Source: Spirochaetota bacterium (GTDB lineage Bacteria > Spirochaetota > UBA4802 > UBA5550). From it: a stretch of DNA of 64,000 nucleotides. The stretch lies in assembly GCA_963664815.2 (NCBI GenBank), contig CAXXHB010000003.1, positions 2,496,001 to 2,560,000 on the forward strand. Reading direction: 5' to 3'. The translations under genes were made by a program, and so were the position numbers. This document shows positions 31,994-43,341 of the stretch, one piece after another (the first letter of the stretch is position 1; each line of letters starts with the position of its first letter). Under the pieces are notes generated by a model. It made no database searches. It was not told the origin of the DNA and was given only the letters and a program-made list of their open reading frames with translations.

Positions 31994-33085
31994 TTAATTA
32001 AATTTTGCCCGGATAAATCCGCTTGTTTCCTCCATTGTCTGGCTGAATTCCGGCTCACAGCATTTACTGTCAAGAAATGCGTGAGTAACCCCCTGGATGC
32101 AGATATAACGCACCAGATTCCCCGCGTCAGAAAGCTTATCAGCAAACTTTTTCGCATCATCGCGCAGAATATCAAACTGGGCGGTTATTATCAGGGCCGG
32201 AGGCATATTCCGGGCATCTGCATTCAGCGGCGATGCTCTGTATCCGGCTCTGATACCAGGATCCGGGATATAACATCGTATCACTTTTTTTAAAAATTCC
32301 GAGTCAAGTCCGTAACCCGTCGAAAAACGTTTCATTGACTCTGCAGATGATTCGGCGAGATTGACTGCTGGATAATACAGAATTACACCCTTTATGCATC
32401 GATTGCCAATTGATTCGAAAACAGCCGACGAGGCGGCGAGATTTCCTCCGGCGCTGTCACCAGCCAGATAAATCCGGGTTGGATCACCATTGTACCTGAA
32501 AGCATTGAGACGCGCCCATTGTATCGTCCTGGCGCAATCCTCAAACGCAGCAGGATAGGGATTTTCCGGCGCAAGCCTGTAATCAACGGAAATAACTACA
32601 GAACGGGCTGCACGGCAGATTCCTGAGGCTATATGAGCCGCTCCGGACGCTGATCCGAAGATCCATCCCCCCCCGTGGAGATATATCACAACGGGAAATC
32701 TCTCAGTTGCGGTAAATTCATCCGGTGAATATATCCTGAGTTGAAGGTTTCCTGCCCCGTCTTTGACCGGAAGATTTTCGTATTTTATCCCTTTCATTGA
32801 AAATGGTACCGGGGGGTTTGTGGTTTCATCCCGAAGCTTTTTCAACACAGAGTAATCACCCGCCAATGCTTTATCAAGGGCGCTGATCAGAAAGTCTGAA
32901 AACTGTGCCGTATATTGCTTCAACTCGGCTGAGACTTCTGCCTTCAGATCCTTATCGGAGGGATTCTCCATGCATGTCGAAAACGTCCAATACTCCTGTT
33001 GACCTGATTTTGAACAACGGGATGGCAGAGCGGCAATAAGGCATACCCATAATGCCAAAACGACGGTTTTACCTGAAATTTTCAT
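31994..33085 (-). CDS. Exported alpha/beta hydrolase (HSL-family esterase)
   Basis: HGGGW, GDSAGG, DILRD, THAF. Confidence 0.93.
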   Translation of the reverse strand: MKISGKTVVLALWVCLIAALPSRCSKSGQQEYWTFSTCMENPSDKDLKAEVSAELKQYTAQFSDFLISALDKALAGDYSVLKKLRDETTNPPVPFSMKGIKYENLPVKDGAGNLQLRIYSPDEFTATERFPVVIYLHGGGWIFGSASGAAHIASGICRAARSVVISVDYRLAPENPYPAAFEDCARTIQWARLNAFRYNGDPTRIYLAGDSAGGNLAASSAVFESIGNRCIKGVILYYPAVNLAESSAESMKRFSTGYGLDSEFLKKVIRCYIPDPGIRAGYRASPLNADARNMPPALIITAQFDILRDDAKKFADKLSDAGNLVRYICIQGVTHAFLDSKCCEPEFSQTMEETSGFIRAKFN

Positions 33086-33226
33086 TGTATCAACATCTCC
33101 TTATCTGTTATCCCTGACCTTATCTTGAAACCGGTATCAACCGCATAATCGGAATTTGATGAGATTTGCCATAAAAAATAACGAACAGGGATATCATTTT
33201 TATCAGAATAATATCCGTGCATAGTG

Positions 33227-34588
33227 CTAAACATAACGATACCTCGTACGGTTGCGTGAAAAGAAAAATACAGACACGCCCAGACTTATAAATTCGGCGA
33301 GCGGAACCGCCAGCCACACGCCTTTTACTCTGAGAAGCCCGGGAAGAGTTATGATGCCCAGCGCAATAAAGAAACTCCGTGAAAACGCAAGTATGGCGGA
33401 AAGTGTACCGTTAGAAAGCGCGGTGAACATCGCCGATGTAAAAATATTAAATCCGGCAAACAGAAACGCGAAAGGGAAAATAAAAAATCCTGTGCGGGTA
33501 ATAGCGTATACCTGTGAACCTTCAGGAGCGAAAATCCCGGCGAGCATTCCTCCGGAGGACAATGCAAAAACAGATACTGAAATTGAAACGGCGAGTATTA
33601 CAGTTGAAGAAATTTTAACTACCCTTTTAAGCTGCCGGTGATTACGACTTCCGTAATTGTAGCTTATTACCGGGGCTACGCCCATTGAGAAACCGATGAA
33701 GAATGTCGTTAAAAGGAACTGCGAGTAAATCATAATTGTTATCGCGGCAACGCCGTCCTCGCCTGCAAGCACCATCATTGCCGCGTTGAAAAGAAAAGTC
33801 GTTACTGCGGCTGAAAGCTGCCCTACCATCTCGGAAGAGCCGTTGAAGGCGCATTCGCCCAACACACGCAGGTCGGGTTTGTGTACCTGGAAAAAAAGCG
33901 TGCCACCATTATTGAGGAAGAAAAAGAGAATTCCGGCAACCGCCGGAATGGAATAGCCGATGCAGTTTGAAAACGCGGCTCCTTTGATTCCCATTGGAAA
34001 GACGAAGATGAAGAGGTAATCGAAAAACGCGTCAGCAAGACCCGCCGCGATGCAGAGCTTCATGCCAAGCCCCGGCTTTCCCGCCGTTACGAAGAGGCTG
34101 GCAAAGAGAACCTGCAGCATATTAACCGGAGCAAAGATCAGAAGCACCCCGAGATAGCTGCGGCAGTAGGGGAGAAGCGTGACGCTCGCTCCGAGTGCGT
34201 GAAGAAGCGGATCGAGATAAATCAGACCGGTTATGGTAAAAAGAATGCCGATTACAACAGTTGCAGCGGTAATCAGCGTGAAATCCCTGCGGGCCCCGCT
34301 GTCGTCTCCACACCCCATTTTCCGCGCGATGATGGCACTTCCGCCAGTTGCTAGCATCGTTGCAAGTCCGACAATGAGATTTATGACGGGTGTTACGATG
34401 TTGATCGCGGAAAGAGCATCAGTATTCACACCACGGGCGACGAAGATCGTATCGAGGATGGTATAAAGTCCGAAAAAAATCATCATCAGGATCGTCGGGA
34501 AAGCGAATCGGAAAAGCGAGCGTGCATCGAAATCCTCGGCAAGCGCGTTTTGCACGGGTGAAATATCTGTGGTTTGTTCATTAAACAT
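33227..34588 (-). CDS. MATE family efflux transporter
   Basis: 12-TM pattern, DTIFV, ISYNYG, GVWLAVP. Confidence 0.92.
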   Translation of the reverse strand: MFNEQTTDISPVQNALAEDFDARSLFRFAFPTILMMIFFGLYTILDTIFVARGVNTDALSAINIVTPVINLIVGLATMLATGGSAIIARKMGCGDDSGARRDFTLITAATVVIGILFTITGLIYLDPLLHALGASVTLLPYCRSYLGVLLIFAPVNMLQVLFASLFVTAGKPGLGMKLCIAAGLADAFFDYLFIFVFPMGIKGAAFSNCIGYSIPAVAGILFFFLNNGGTLFFQVHKPDLRVLGECAFNGSSEMVGQLSAAVTTFLFNAAMMVLAGEDGVAAITIMIYSQFLLTTFFIGFSMGVAPVISYNYGSRNHRQLKRVVKISSTVILAVSISVSVFALSSGGMLAGIFAPEGSQVYAITRTGFFIFPFAFLFAGFNIFTSAMFTALSNGTLSAILAFSRSFFIALGIITLPGLLRVKGVWLAVPLAEFISLGVSVFFFSRNRTRYRYV

Positions 34589-35236
34589 ATATCATATCCT
34601 TTTGTGTGTTATAGCATTTGACGAAATAATTTATACGCTGTCATTCCGAGCCATAGCACCCGACTTTTCACGATAAAATGTGATGATTGTCTGTTTATGC
34701 CCAATCCGCCCCCCGATCGATTTGATAAAAAGCGTATGCGCGATGAATCGATTGCGACAAAGCGGATATATTCCCGAAATCCCGATGCCTGACATGTTAT
34801 TGTCATTCATACAAGATTGTATATCATACAACAGATGCTGACGTCTTCATCGTTATTGCGCTTTATCTTATTTTCCCTGACCTGACAGTTGCAATTAATA
34901 ATATAAAGAGAAGCATTGAGGTTTATTGAAGAGAAGGCACTTGCCCATTGTGGGTTATTTATATAGTGGTATACAATGACCGGGCAGTTTTAAAAGTTAA
35001 ATGATATAAAGAAAGTTACACAATTTATGAGCTGTACAGTAAGTTTGAAAGATATTGTTGCTGCTGAATCATTTTTTTATTAATCTGAGACCGTGAAAGT
35101 ATTGTTTAATAACTACGGGGAAGAGAAGAAAAACAAAGTGTCTTTAACTATAATGAAGTATTTTATAACAGTAAAATATGGTATGAATCTTTGGCAATAC
35201 CGTTTTTACCCAGGTGGAATATTAATTGTTTCATCA

Positions 35237-36139
35237 TCAAGAATAGTGAGTATCCCTGGGTATATTCGTCAATATGACCATCTTCTGTGTCGGGTAACCG
35301 AACTCTAAAAGGAGTTCCCCTTCGGCAAATCCCAATTTTTCAAGAGTGTTACGGTGTCCGGTATCAGCTTTATCTCCCTTGCGATAAGAAGTGGTGCTTA
35401 TCTCTTTATGCTCGGACAGTTCACTCATTGCTTTCATAAGGAGCGTGTGAGCTGCCATACCTTGATTGCGATAGAACGGATGTATTCCCAAAAAATCAAT
35501 GCTTCCGGACTTATGCGAAATCATCAGGAGGCCAATGGCAATATCGCCCTGTTTCATAATAAAGGCTCCTTTCTGTGCAATATAACGTTTCAGCGTATCT
35601 ATATGCTCATTTTCGTTTAAACAGGGAAATCCGTCTATAACGAGTCTAAGTAAACGCATCCACTCCGGAATATCTTCCTCACAGGCTAAAATGATTATTT
35701 GATACGTGTGCCATTTGGCCCTGGAATTTGCCCTGAGCGCGGACTCGTCGAATTCGAAACGCATCTGAAGCGGGTAGAATTTCTCATTTTCACGGAACCG
35801 GCTGGGCGGCAGCTTATATCTCGATTTAAAGACAGATGAGAACGCCTGCTGGCTTTCGTACCCCGCATTCAGGGCAATCTCGACAATTGGTTTTTCCGAA
35901 AAAACGAGTAACGCAGCGGCTTCGGTAAGACGCCTCCGCTGGATATAATCATGCATTGTAAGCCCGACTGTCTTTGTAAAAATGCGGTGAAGGTGATAAC
36001 GCGAATAGCCAAGTTCATCTGCCACAGTCTCAAGAGAAAGAGATTCTGCAAGGTTTGCTTCAATGTGGTCGATTGTTGCAACGACGATTTCTATTTTTCC
36101 CATAATTTTGCCTTTCATTTCCGGCAGTATATCATACAT
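35237..36139 (-). CDS. AraC HTH plus GNAT-like domain regulator
   Basis: N-terminal GYSRYHLHR..GYESQQAF; C-terminal HPFYRNQG..EKLGF. Confidence 0.85.
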   Translation of the reverse strand: MYDILPEMKGKIMGKIEIVVATIDHIEANLAESLSLETVADELGYSRYHLHRIFTKTVGLTMHDYIQRRRLTEAAALLVFSEKPIVEIALNAGYESQQAFSSVFKSRYKLPPSRFRENEKFYPLQMRFEFDESALRANSRAKWHTYQIIILACEEDIPEWMRLLRLVIDGFPCLNENEHIDTLKRYIAQKGAFIMKQGDIAIGLLMISHKSGSIDFLGIHPFYRNQGMAAHTLLMKAMSELSEHKEISTTSYRKGDKADTGHRNTLEKLGFAEGELLLEFGYPTQKMVILTNIPRDTHYS

Positions 36140-36213
36140 CCGGAGTGTATGTCTTCATCATTCTTGCGCTTTTTTATTACATCACTTCGGTATAGCTCAT
36201 TTCGAAAATCTCG

Positions 36214-36244
36214 ATACAGGCAGTGCATCGCCCGTTATATGCCG
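36214..36244 (-). repeat. Second attC-like half-site family (also 47620-47650, partial 50904-50918)
   Basis: 30/31 identity to 47620-47650; - strand reads CGGCATATAAC followed by conserved sequence. Confidence 0.55.
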
Positions 36245-36508
36245 TCAGGTGATAATTGAGTCTGCCGGAATGCTGACATCCTTTAGCAACCTCATCCACA
36301 TCTTCAAAGGGAGCGGAGGCCAGGCCGGTACTCCGGCGCAGCATTTTTTGCCGCCGTTATGTGCTGTGGCTTCATCTTATATGTAATTGATGTTAAAAAT
36401 TCTTCTTGCAACTTTTAACATCAATTATTCAGACAATTCGCTGAAACATTAAATCTCCTCTAAATTGCAGGCAGTAAATTAAGATGTCACCGTGTGAAGA
36501 TTTATTAT

Positions 36509-36901
36509 TCATTCCTTATCTAACCAGTTGATCGCATCTTCTTCTTTTGTAAACCAATGTTCAGATTCAGACGCTAAGTTATCATATTGATTATTCAAGA
36601 TGGCTAAATGAATATTTTTGTAAAATAATTGCTGGTTAAATACATTACGAAATATTTTTGATAATTTATTATGTGTTTCGATGCTCTCCCAATCAACTTT
36701 ACGAACATCATATATGACTTTTATATGTTCTTGAGATAATGAAAGATTGTTAAAATATTCAGCCAACATTTTCATTCCGGAGAGACCTTTTTCAAATGTG
36801 ATTTTACCTGAATAATCAATCATATATATATTTTTATCTTTTATATGATGTATAAACGTCATGGCAAGTAATCCTATATTGAATAATTTTATTCCACACA
36901 A
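36509..36901 (-). CDS. Hypothetical protein (STAS/SEC14-like)
   Basis: 130-aa ORF ending F.KEEDAINWL. Confidence 0.6.
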   Translation of the reverse strand: MCGIKLFNIGLLAMTFIHHIKDKNIYMIDYSGKITFEKGLSGMKMLAEYFNNLSLSQEHIKVIYDVRKVDWESIETHNKLSKIFRNVFNQQLFYKNIHLAILNNQYDNLASESEHWFTKEEDAINWLDKE

Positions 36902-37262
36902 CTATCAGTCTTACTCTCAATATTCTTTCCTGTTTTTCATATTATCTTTCCACTGGCCTGTATATACCCCGGAGTATCCACAATCATTCCAACTGTATGT
37001 ACCATATCCATTTTTCATACCATCTTTCCACTTGCCATAATACGATTCAGCATAGAATGAATTTTCTATCTCTCGATTTATCTATAAAGTAATCTGAAGT
37101 AAACATCAGAAAGTATTCAACCAATAAATTCCGGTTTGTGAAAAAGGTTAAAGAGTATGTAAGTGAGGTACAAGTTGTCCATTTTTTCGTGGAAATGTCA
37201 AAATATATATTTTAATATTTAACTGCGTAGTTTTATATTAATAAAACAACAGGAGGTAATCA

Positions 37263-38261
37263 ATGAAACAGTTACCCATTTTCAGCATAATAATTATATG
37301 TTTTTTTTACTTTGGTTGTGGCTCTAAATATTGTGCCATGCAAAAAGATACAGTTGGAGCTTTGAAATATAGTGAAGCAAAACAATCAATACAGTGGCAT
37401 AAAGATTTGATAATGAGATTACGAAATAATAATTCCGGGGATACAAACAATAGGCTTTCAGCCATTGGTCATGCGGCAGGTTCATATCAACAATACCCAA
37501 TAGATATATCACTGCCTTCAGATAAAAAAGTTTCTGAATTGATACTCGATAGTATAAAAACACATGATCTTAATGGAATTGAAATAGATGTTCAAATTGA
37601 TAAATCCGGAGATGTATATGTAACTCATGATAGAATAATAGGTGATGATAAGGAGAATATTAAGCAAATTAATAAAAACAGTGAAAAACTGAATGAAGTC
37701 ATAACAACGATATATAAAAACGGATTAAATAATGATATACGTTTATTCATTGAATTAAAAACTTCTTCTCAAGAAGTTACAGATATAGATGAATTATTAA
37801 TAAATGGCATATTAAAATCTATAAAATATGGCATCGATAATAAATCTTTTCAAAATAAAATTCTAAATAATATTTCATTTATTTCATTTAATTATAACAT
37901 GCTTAAAAAGTTCCACGATGAAAATAAAAAAATTGGAATAGTAAACTTCCGATTATATCAAATTATTGCATCCAGCTATAATAAACTATTAACATGGTGC
38001 ATCTGTCCAGCTTTCAGCGTACTAAATGTTGATTTATTGAAAAAAGATGATATTCTTACCGGAATTTGGTTTGATCCAAAAGGAATACCTGATTTTACTA
38101 CAGCTTTTAATGAAATAAATAATTATAGAAAGAACAAAGCTTATGAAATATATATTTCTACTTATGGACTTAGTAAAGACTCTTATGTAAAAGCTTTAAA
38201 AAAGAATAAAGAAGGATTACGTAACATTACTGGTTTGATTTTTGATATCCAAAGACCCTAA
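37263..38261 (+). CDS. Glycerophosphodiester phosphodiesterase-like lipoprotein
   Basis: Lipobox-like FGC, IGHA, GIEIDVQ..VYVTHD, FIELK, ISFN; AGGAGG RBS; very AT-rich. Confidence 0.7.
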   Translation: MKQLPIFSIIIICFFYFGCGSKYCAMQKDTVGALKYSEAKQSIQWHKDLIMRLRNNNSGDTNNRLSAIGHAAGSYQQYPIDISLPSDKKVSELILDSIKTHDLNGIEIDVQIDKSGDVYVTHDRIIGDDKENIKQINKNSEKLNEVITTIYKNGLNNDIRLFIELKTSSQEVTDIDELLINGILKSIKYGIDNKSFQNKILNNISFISFNYNMLKKFHDENKKIGIVNFRLYQIIASSYNKLLTWCICPAFSVLNVDLLKKDDILTGIWFDPKGIPDFTTAFNEINNYRKNKAYEIYISTYGLSKDSYVKALKKNKEGLRNITGLIFDIQRP

Positions 38262-38262
38262 C

Positions 38263-38486
38263 AGCTTTTGAGATTTTGCATAAAATCGCCATTTACAGTC
38301 TCTCCGCTGATTGGAGAAATATTTATTTTACAGGATTATTATTTTTTCCGGTAAAATCACCGGATTATTACTGCATGTTATTTCAAAGACCGGAAGAAAA
38401 CAATGTTAAAATTCCTATGACTGTTCTGAGTATAATCGAAACATGTTCTGCCCGATGCCAGCGATTTCGTTCAACAAAAGTTATGC
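38263..38486 (+). repeat. Composite element copy B (oriIS part, attC-like hairpin deleted)
   Basis: GCATAAAATCGCC...CCGGTAAAATCACCGG...AAATTCCTAT...GTTCAACAAAA|GTTATGC. Confidence 0.9.
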
Positions 38487-39128
38487 GTTGTGCCCGAATA
38501 CTTTTTCAATTTCTTGATAAATCCAAAAATCATCTTTATTGCTATCCAGCTCATTCTTATAAAAATATTTTGATAATACCCATAATCCCATATCTATTTT
38601 TTTATAATCTTTTATTGTAACGCCAAAACGTTCAAGGATTGTATCGATTGCTTTTTTATATAGATCATAAATCTTGAAATCTAATAATTTTTTACCTTTA
38701 ATCATTCCTGTCGATAATAGTATATTTTTAATAAAATCTGAAACCATATTATCGTATATTGGATACTTCGATGGATTATGTAAAGAACAATATTTCGTTG
38801 CAAAAGAATAAAAATCATATTCCTTCCCTCCTTTTGACTTAATCCCATGACCAAGTCGAATTTTATCAACGACTGAAAGCTCTCCTTTTGATAACATATC
38901 ATCAATATTTTTTATAGATAATATATGATTGGACAAGCTGATAACGTCGAAAACTGGTGTAGAATATAATGTTTTTATAACTGTTGTCTTTAATAAAACA
39001 TCTTCAATTTTTTGGTTTAGGGGTATTGCCTTCAGTAATTTTTCAATTGCATTATCAGACAGTCCATAGCGAGGATGTCGTAAGAATATATCTTGGCATT
39101 TAGTAATACTTTCATTCGATAATATCAT
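38481..39128 (-). CDS. Hypothetical cargo protein (possible HhH/DNA glycosylase-like fold)
   Basis: 215 aa, FYSFATKYCSLHNPSKYPIYD; stop TAA lies inside GCATAAC at the element junction. Confidence 0.65.
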   Translation of the reverse strand: MILSNESITKCQDIFLRHPRYGLSDNAIEKLLKAIPLNQKIEDVLLKTTVIKTLYSTPVFDVISLSNHILSIKNIDDMLSKGELSVVDKIRLGHGIKSKGGKEYDFYSFATKYCSLHNPSKYPIYDNMVSDFIKNILLSTGMIKGKKLLDFKIYDLYKKAIDTILERFGVTIKDYKKIDMGLWVLSKYFYKNELDSNKDDFWIYQEIEKVFGHNA

Positions 39129-39183
39129 TTTTAATTCACCCTTTCATATAATTAATTCATTAATCATGTTCCCATCATTCAGA

Positions 39184-39935
39184 AATGTCACTCCTGGAGA
39201 CACCCTTTTTATGCATTATAATCACTTGATCAACATACTCCCGCTTCTTCATTATTTTGAAATACTGTCGAGATTTCCCAAGACTCTGTTCATTGTTAGC
39301 AACTCTCAATGATTCAAGTTTATATCCGTACTAAGGATGAACATTCTATATCCGGTTTTGTTTTAATTCTTCTCCGGATTCAGTTGCCACTTTCTCATTT
39401 AGATAAAACCGGAAATCATATGGGAAAGATATATCCCCTGATCTATAATGACTTGTCACCAAGCTGTGACCATATACCGTTCTGCCTTTTGAATGAGAAT
39501 AATGCCACCCGAGACTTTCTATCTTCTTCGGTTTTCCCGGCTTCTCTATCACAGTATCATCTATTATTAAAAAGCCTGTCCCGTTTTTCTTCGCGATACA
39601 TTTTAAAATTCCTGTTAAATATTAAAAGATCTTTAAAGGTCCAATCTGTGTCTCTTATAAACATTATATCATTACTAACATCTCTTGTGTCAACCTGAAT
39701 GGAGTTGAGACTTGAGATTGTATGACGACCATCATATTCTATTATCCCATTCAGCATCTTATTAAAATGCCTCATTTGCTATTTTGAAAAAATTTCTTTC
39801 ACGCTGTAAAATATCTGTCTTCTGTAATCTGTTTTTTATTTATTAGAATTTTTCAAATACTATTCATAATGGAGTAAAAATTAATACTATTTTTATCCCA
39901 TTATCTTTTTTCTTTTAAAAAAACGCCTAGCTCAA
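39184..39935 (-). mobile_element. IS701-like (DDE) transposase remnant, copy 1
   Basis: Frameshifted fragments (IIDDTVIEKPG..WHYSHSKGRTVYGH); near-identical to 51365-52189; one IR at ~39917-39935. Confidence 0.75.
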
Positions 39936-40148
39936 ATAACTTATTAACTATCAGAAATGTTTTTTAAGTTCATGGAATCATTTTTATACAGAACTTTTCC
40001 TGTTTGAAAAACTTAAGCCCTGTTCAATAACAAAATAATAAAAAAAATGACCAGATTTATAAAACTGGTCGAATTCCCACCGGAACAAACTGTAGAATGC
40101 AGAAAATAAAAATGCGTATAAATACATAATTAAGAGATCATAATAACA

Positions 40149-41567
40149 ATGAAGCGAATTTTGCCGATCATTTTAGCTGCTTTGTTTTGTGCCGCCCCCC
40201 TCAGCGCTGAATACCTTTTTCTGACAGACGGTTCAATAATCGGCGGCAGCATAATAAGCGAAACTGTTACAGCCGTTGTCTTCCGCTCCGCCAGAGATAA
40301 AAAGGTAACAAGATATCCGCGGACCAATGTAATGAGGGTTCTATACACCGAACTCAACATGGGCCGTCTCTATGTTCAGATGAAGAGCGGCGACAATATG
40401 CTGTTATTCATGGTGGATGAAGACCGCACCACATACACCTTCCGCAAAGAACTTTACAAACCGGAAGAACTGAAACTTGAACGGGCTGATGTGCTTTTTG
40501 TGGCAGAACGCAACCCTTCTAAACTTATCGGTAAAGCGGATTATACATCCATTGAAATTGAATGGTATCCCCCTTTTGACGAGATGAAATATTACAATAT
40601 CTACATCAAGAATAAAAAGGAGGACCCGTTTATCGTTGCCGGAACATCTTCAAAAAAATCATTTCATCTGAAAAATCTCAAAGGCAACACAAAATATCTT
40701 ATCTCTGTAACAGGTGTTGATAAAAATAAGGAAGAAACACCACATAGCAACCTTCTTGAGATATCCACACTAAATACTTTACCATACGCACCCGGAGGAT
40801 TGGAGGTTACAGCCAATGAAAATGGTACTGTAACAGCCCAATGGAAGCCGGCAGTTGACCCAGACGGAATAGTGAAAAAATACAGGGTTTTTATTGTCAA
40901 AGGAAAAGATCGAACACTGTTTGGTGAAACAGAGGGCACGCGGATTGTTATAACCAAAAGCCCCTTGAAGATAGACCGTATCCAGGTTGTCTCCGTTGAC
41001 AACAGCGGGGCTGAATCTAAAATCTCCGACATCCGGGCTTTTCAGCCATATACCGGCAGACTGGCGTTTACGCCAATGCTTTTATTCCCCTTTGCTGAGT
41101 TCGGAAAGATGGGATCTGTGGGGTACGGCGGAACGGTTTCATATCTCCATAATGACATTTTTTTCAGGAATACACGAATCGGTCTGGAAGGCGGGTACTT
41201 TTATATTCCGGGAGTGAATTCTCTCAATGATTCTGGCCAGAAGGTTGAAAGAATCAATTTTGTTCCCTTTGGAATAAAGACGGGGTACCAGTTTAATACA
41301 AAAGGCGGATTATACTTATCACCTGCGGTGACCGCCGGGGCGGCGTATATAGACACCGCGTGTGTCAACAGCAGCAAAAATACAGGTATTCTCACTGACA
41401 ACGCGCACAGCGGAATTGATATGATGACGCTTGTATCAGTTAGCGCGGGGTGGAATATTTCAGAAAACTTTTTTTGGGGAATACGCGGAGACTACGGTAT
41501 CCTTTTCGAGAAGGATAAGCTGCTTCATTTCGCCCTTTGCGGTATAGATATGGGCTGGAGGTTCTGA
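40149..41567 (+). CDS. Exported FN3-domain protein with a C-terminal beta-barrel-like region
   Basis: Signal peptide, two FN3 patterns, terminal aromatic residue (GWRF). Confidence 0.75.
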   Translation: MKRILPIILAALFCAAPLSAEYLFLTDGSIIGGSIISETVTAVVFRSARDKKVTRYPRTNVMRVLYTELNMGRLYVQMKSGDNMLLFMVDEDRTTYTFRKELYKPEELKLERADVLFVAERNPSKLIGKADYTSIEIEWYPPFDEMKYYNIYIKNKKEDPFIVAGTSSKKSFHLKNLKGNTKYLISVTGVDKNKEETPHSNLLEISTLNTLPYAPGGLEVTANENGTVTAQWKPAVDPDGIVKKYRVFIVKGKDRTLFGETEGTRIVITKSPLKIDRIQVVSVDNSGAESKISDIRAFQPYTGRLAFTPMLLFPFAEFGKMGSVGYGGTVSYLHNDIFFRNTRIGLEGGYFYIPGVNSLNDSGQKVERINFVPFGIKTGYQFNTKGGLYLSPAVTAGAAYIDTACVNSSKNTGILTDNAHSGIDMMTLVSVSAGWNISENFFWGIRGDYGILFEKDKLLHFALCGIDMGWRF

Positions 41568-41569
41568 TA

Positions 41570-42475
41570 ATGAAAAGAAAATTATTGCTGCTTGTGGTTG
41601 CGGTGTCTCTTCTTTCCTGCAACAACGTGCTGATGGATACCTATGATGAACGATGGAAAGATGAAGCGGTAAACAGTGCAACGGATGGCAGTCAGGAGAT
41701 AACTGCCGCGATATCGGGTGTTACCGCGCCGGTTCTGGGAGCGACTCCGGTAACAAAAATAACAGATACAGACCAGTACACGGGTACTGTTTCCTGGGAC
41801 GGAGGATGGTCATGGTCTTCGCGTTTTGGCGGCAATAAAGCGTATACTGCAACAATAACCCTTACAGCCAAATCCGGTTACTCCTTTACCGGCATTGCGG
41901 CAAACCATTTTACTATCGCAGGTGCAACGAGTGTATTAAACAGTGCTGGTTCAGGCGTGGTGACGGCGGTATTTCCTGCTACAGCCGCAGTGGTTGTAGG
42001 TGATTCAGCCCTGGGGGGGAAGGTTTTATACATACTGGCATCGGGGGACACCGGATATGTTGCCGGAGAACAGCGGGGACTTATTGCAGCCAATTCGGAA
42101 CAGACTACAGGGATCCAGTGGAGTACTCTATCATCATATTCCTTTGGCACTCAAACAGCGCTGGGGACCGGATCTGCCAATACAGATAAAATAATAGCTG
42201 CGTGCGGCGCCGGTACAAACTATGCTGCCGGTCTGGCGCGGTCGTATACTGGCGGCGGATATACTGACTGGTATCTTCCGTCAGAAGATGAATTGACGAT
42301 AATCAGTAATAACAGAAGTACTATCGGCAATTTATCCGAGAGTGACTATTACTGGTGTTCGAGCGAAGTCGCTTACCCGAACTCAGCGCGGGCCATCCTC
42401 ATCAACGGAGGATTCAAATCTCAGGCGAGTATAAGTGGTACTACACTCAGGTTCCGGGCCATACGTTCTTTTTAG
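41570..42475 (+). CDS. DUF1566/Lcl (C-type lectin fold) lipoprotein
   Basis: Lipobox LLSC; GGYTDWYLPSEDEL, YYWCSSE, RAIRSF. Confidence 0.8.
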   Translation: MKRKLLLLVVAVSLLSCNNVLMDTYDERWKDEAVNSATDGSQEITAAISGVTAPVLGATPVTKITDTDQYTGTVSWDGGWSWSSRFGGNKAYTATITLTAKSGYSFTGIAANHFTIAGATSVLNSAGSGVVTAVFPATAAVVVGDSALGGKVLYILASGDTGYVAGEQRGLIAANSEQTTGIQWSTLSSYSFGTQTALGTGSANTDKIIAACGAGTNYAAGLARSYTGGGYTDWYLPSEDELTIISNNRSTIGNLSESDYYWCSSEVAYPNSARAILINGGFKSQASISGTTLRFRAIRSF

Positions 42476-42642
42476 TTAAATATTTTCCATACGCTCCTGT
42501 GGATGGAAAATCAGCACATAACTGCCGTTAAATTTCAATCAATTTATATTTTTTTCTACAGGCTCGTTATTCGATGTGGTCGGGTTACAACAGGTTTTTT
42601 GAGATTGAGGATGTCGAAATCAATACAAAAATGTAAAAATCG

Positions 42643-42942
42643 CTACTTTATCTTTTTTAATTTAATCTCAGGAGTAGCACCTAGTGCAAGAGCAACTTTT
42701 CTAAGAAAAGAAAGAGAAACATTTTTATAATTTCCAGATTCAAGACGTGCAATTGCCGGTTGTGAAGTCCCAACTTTCAACGCCAATTCTTTTTGAGTCA
42801 GATTATTAGTTTTTCTTAATTTTATAATTTCTTTGGCAAGAGCAAATTCTTCATTATATGATTCATATGCTTCTTTGAAATCTTTATCCTTCAATTCTTT
42901 TTCAAGTAAAGAATCAAAATTGTATGATTTAATTTTTCTCAT
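42643..42942 (-). CDS. XRE/HigA-type HTH antitoxin
   Basis: LTQKELA..GTSQPAIARLESG. Confidence 0.88.
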   Translation of the reverse strand: MRKIKSYNFDSLLEKELKDKDFKEAYESYNEEFALAKEIIKLRKTNNLTQKELALKVGTSQPAIARLESGNYKNVSLSFLRKVALALGATPEIKLKKIK

Positions 42943-42980
42943 GATTTTGCTCCATGTATGTTTTCATTAATTCTATCGCT

Positions 42981-43187
42981 TTACTTATCTGCTTTTATCA
43001 GTTTATCATCTTTTTTAATAAAACCTGAAGTGATGATATAAATCGAAGATTTAGAATGAGGTTCTTTCAGAAATGGTCCAAATTCTTTCAATAACCCAAT
43101 AGTTCTATATGTCTTTGCTCTGAATTTTGTTTCAAGAGAAGAAATAAATTCATATGCCGTATCAAGAATTTCTATTTTGTAATTCAT
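42981..43187 (-). pseudogene. RelE/Gp49-like toxin with internal deletion and altered 3' end
   Basis: LKEPHSK joined directly to SSIYIITSGFIKK; central RelE strands missing; toxin-first order upstream of the HTH gene. Confidence 0.7.
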
Positions 43188-43341
43188 ATTAAATAAGTAT
43201 ACCAAATGTGGTATACTTGTCAAACAATAAATGTTTTATTAAAACGGCACAGGACCCGAAAGCCAATTTGACGAGCCAGCTTCTCAAGGCGAGTGCCAAG
43301 GAACAAACGCGTTGTAAGTGTTGTTGTACTTAGTGGCAAAA

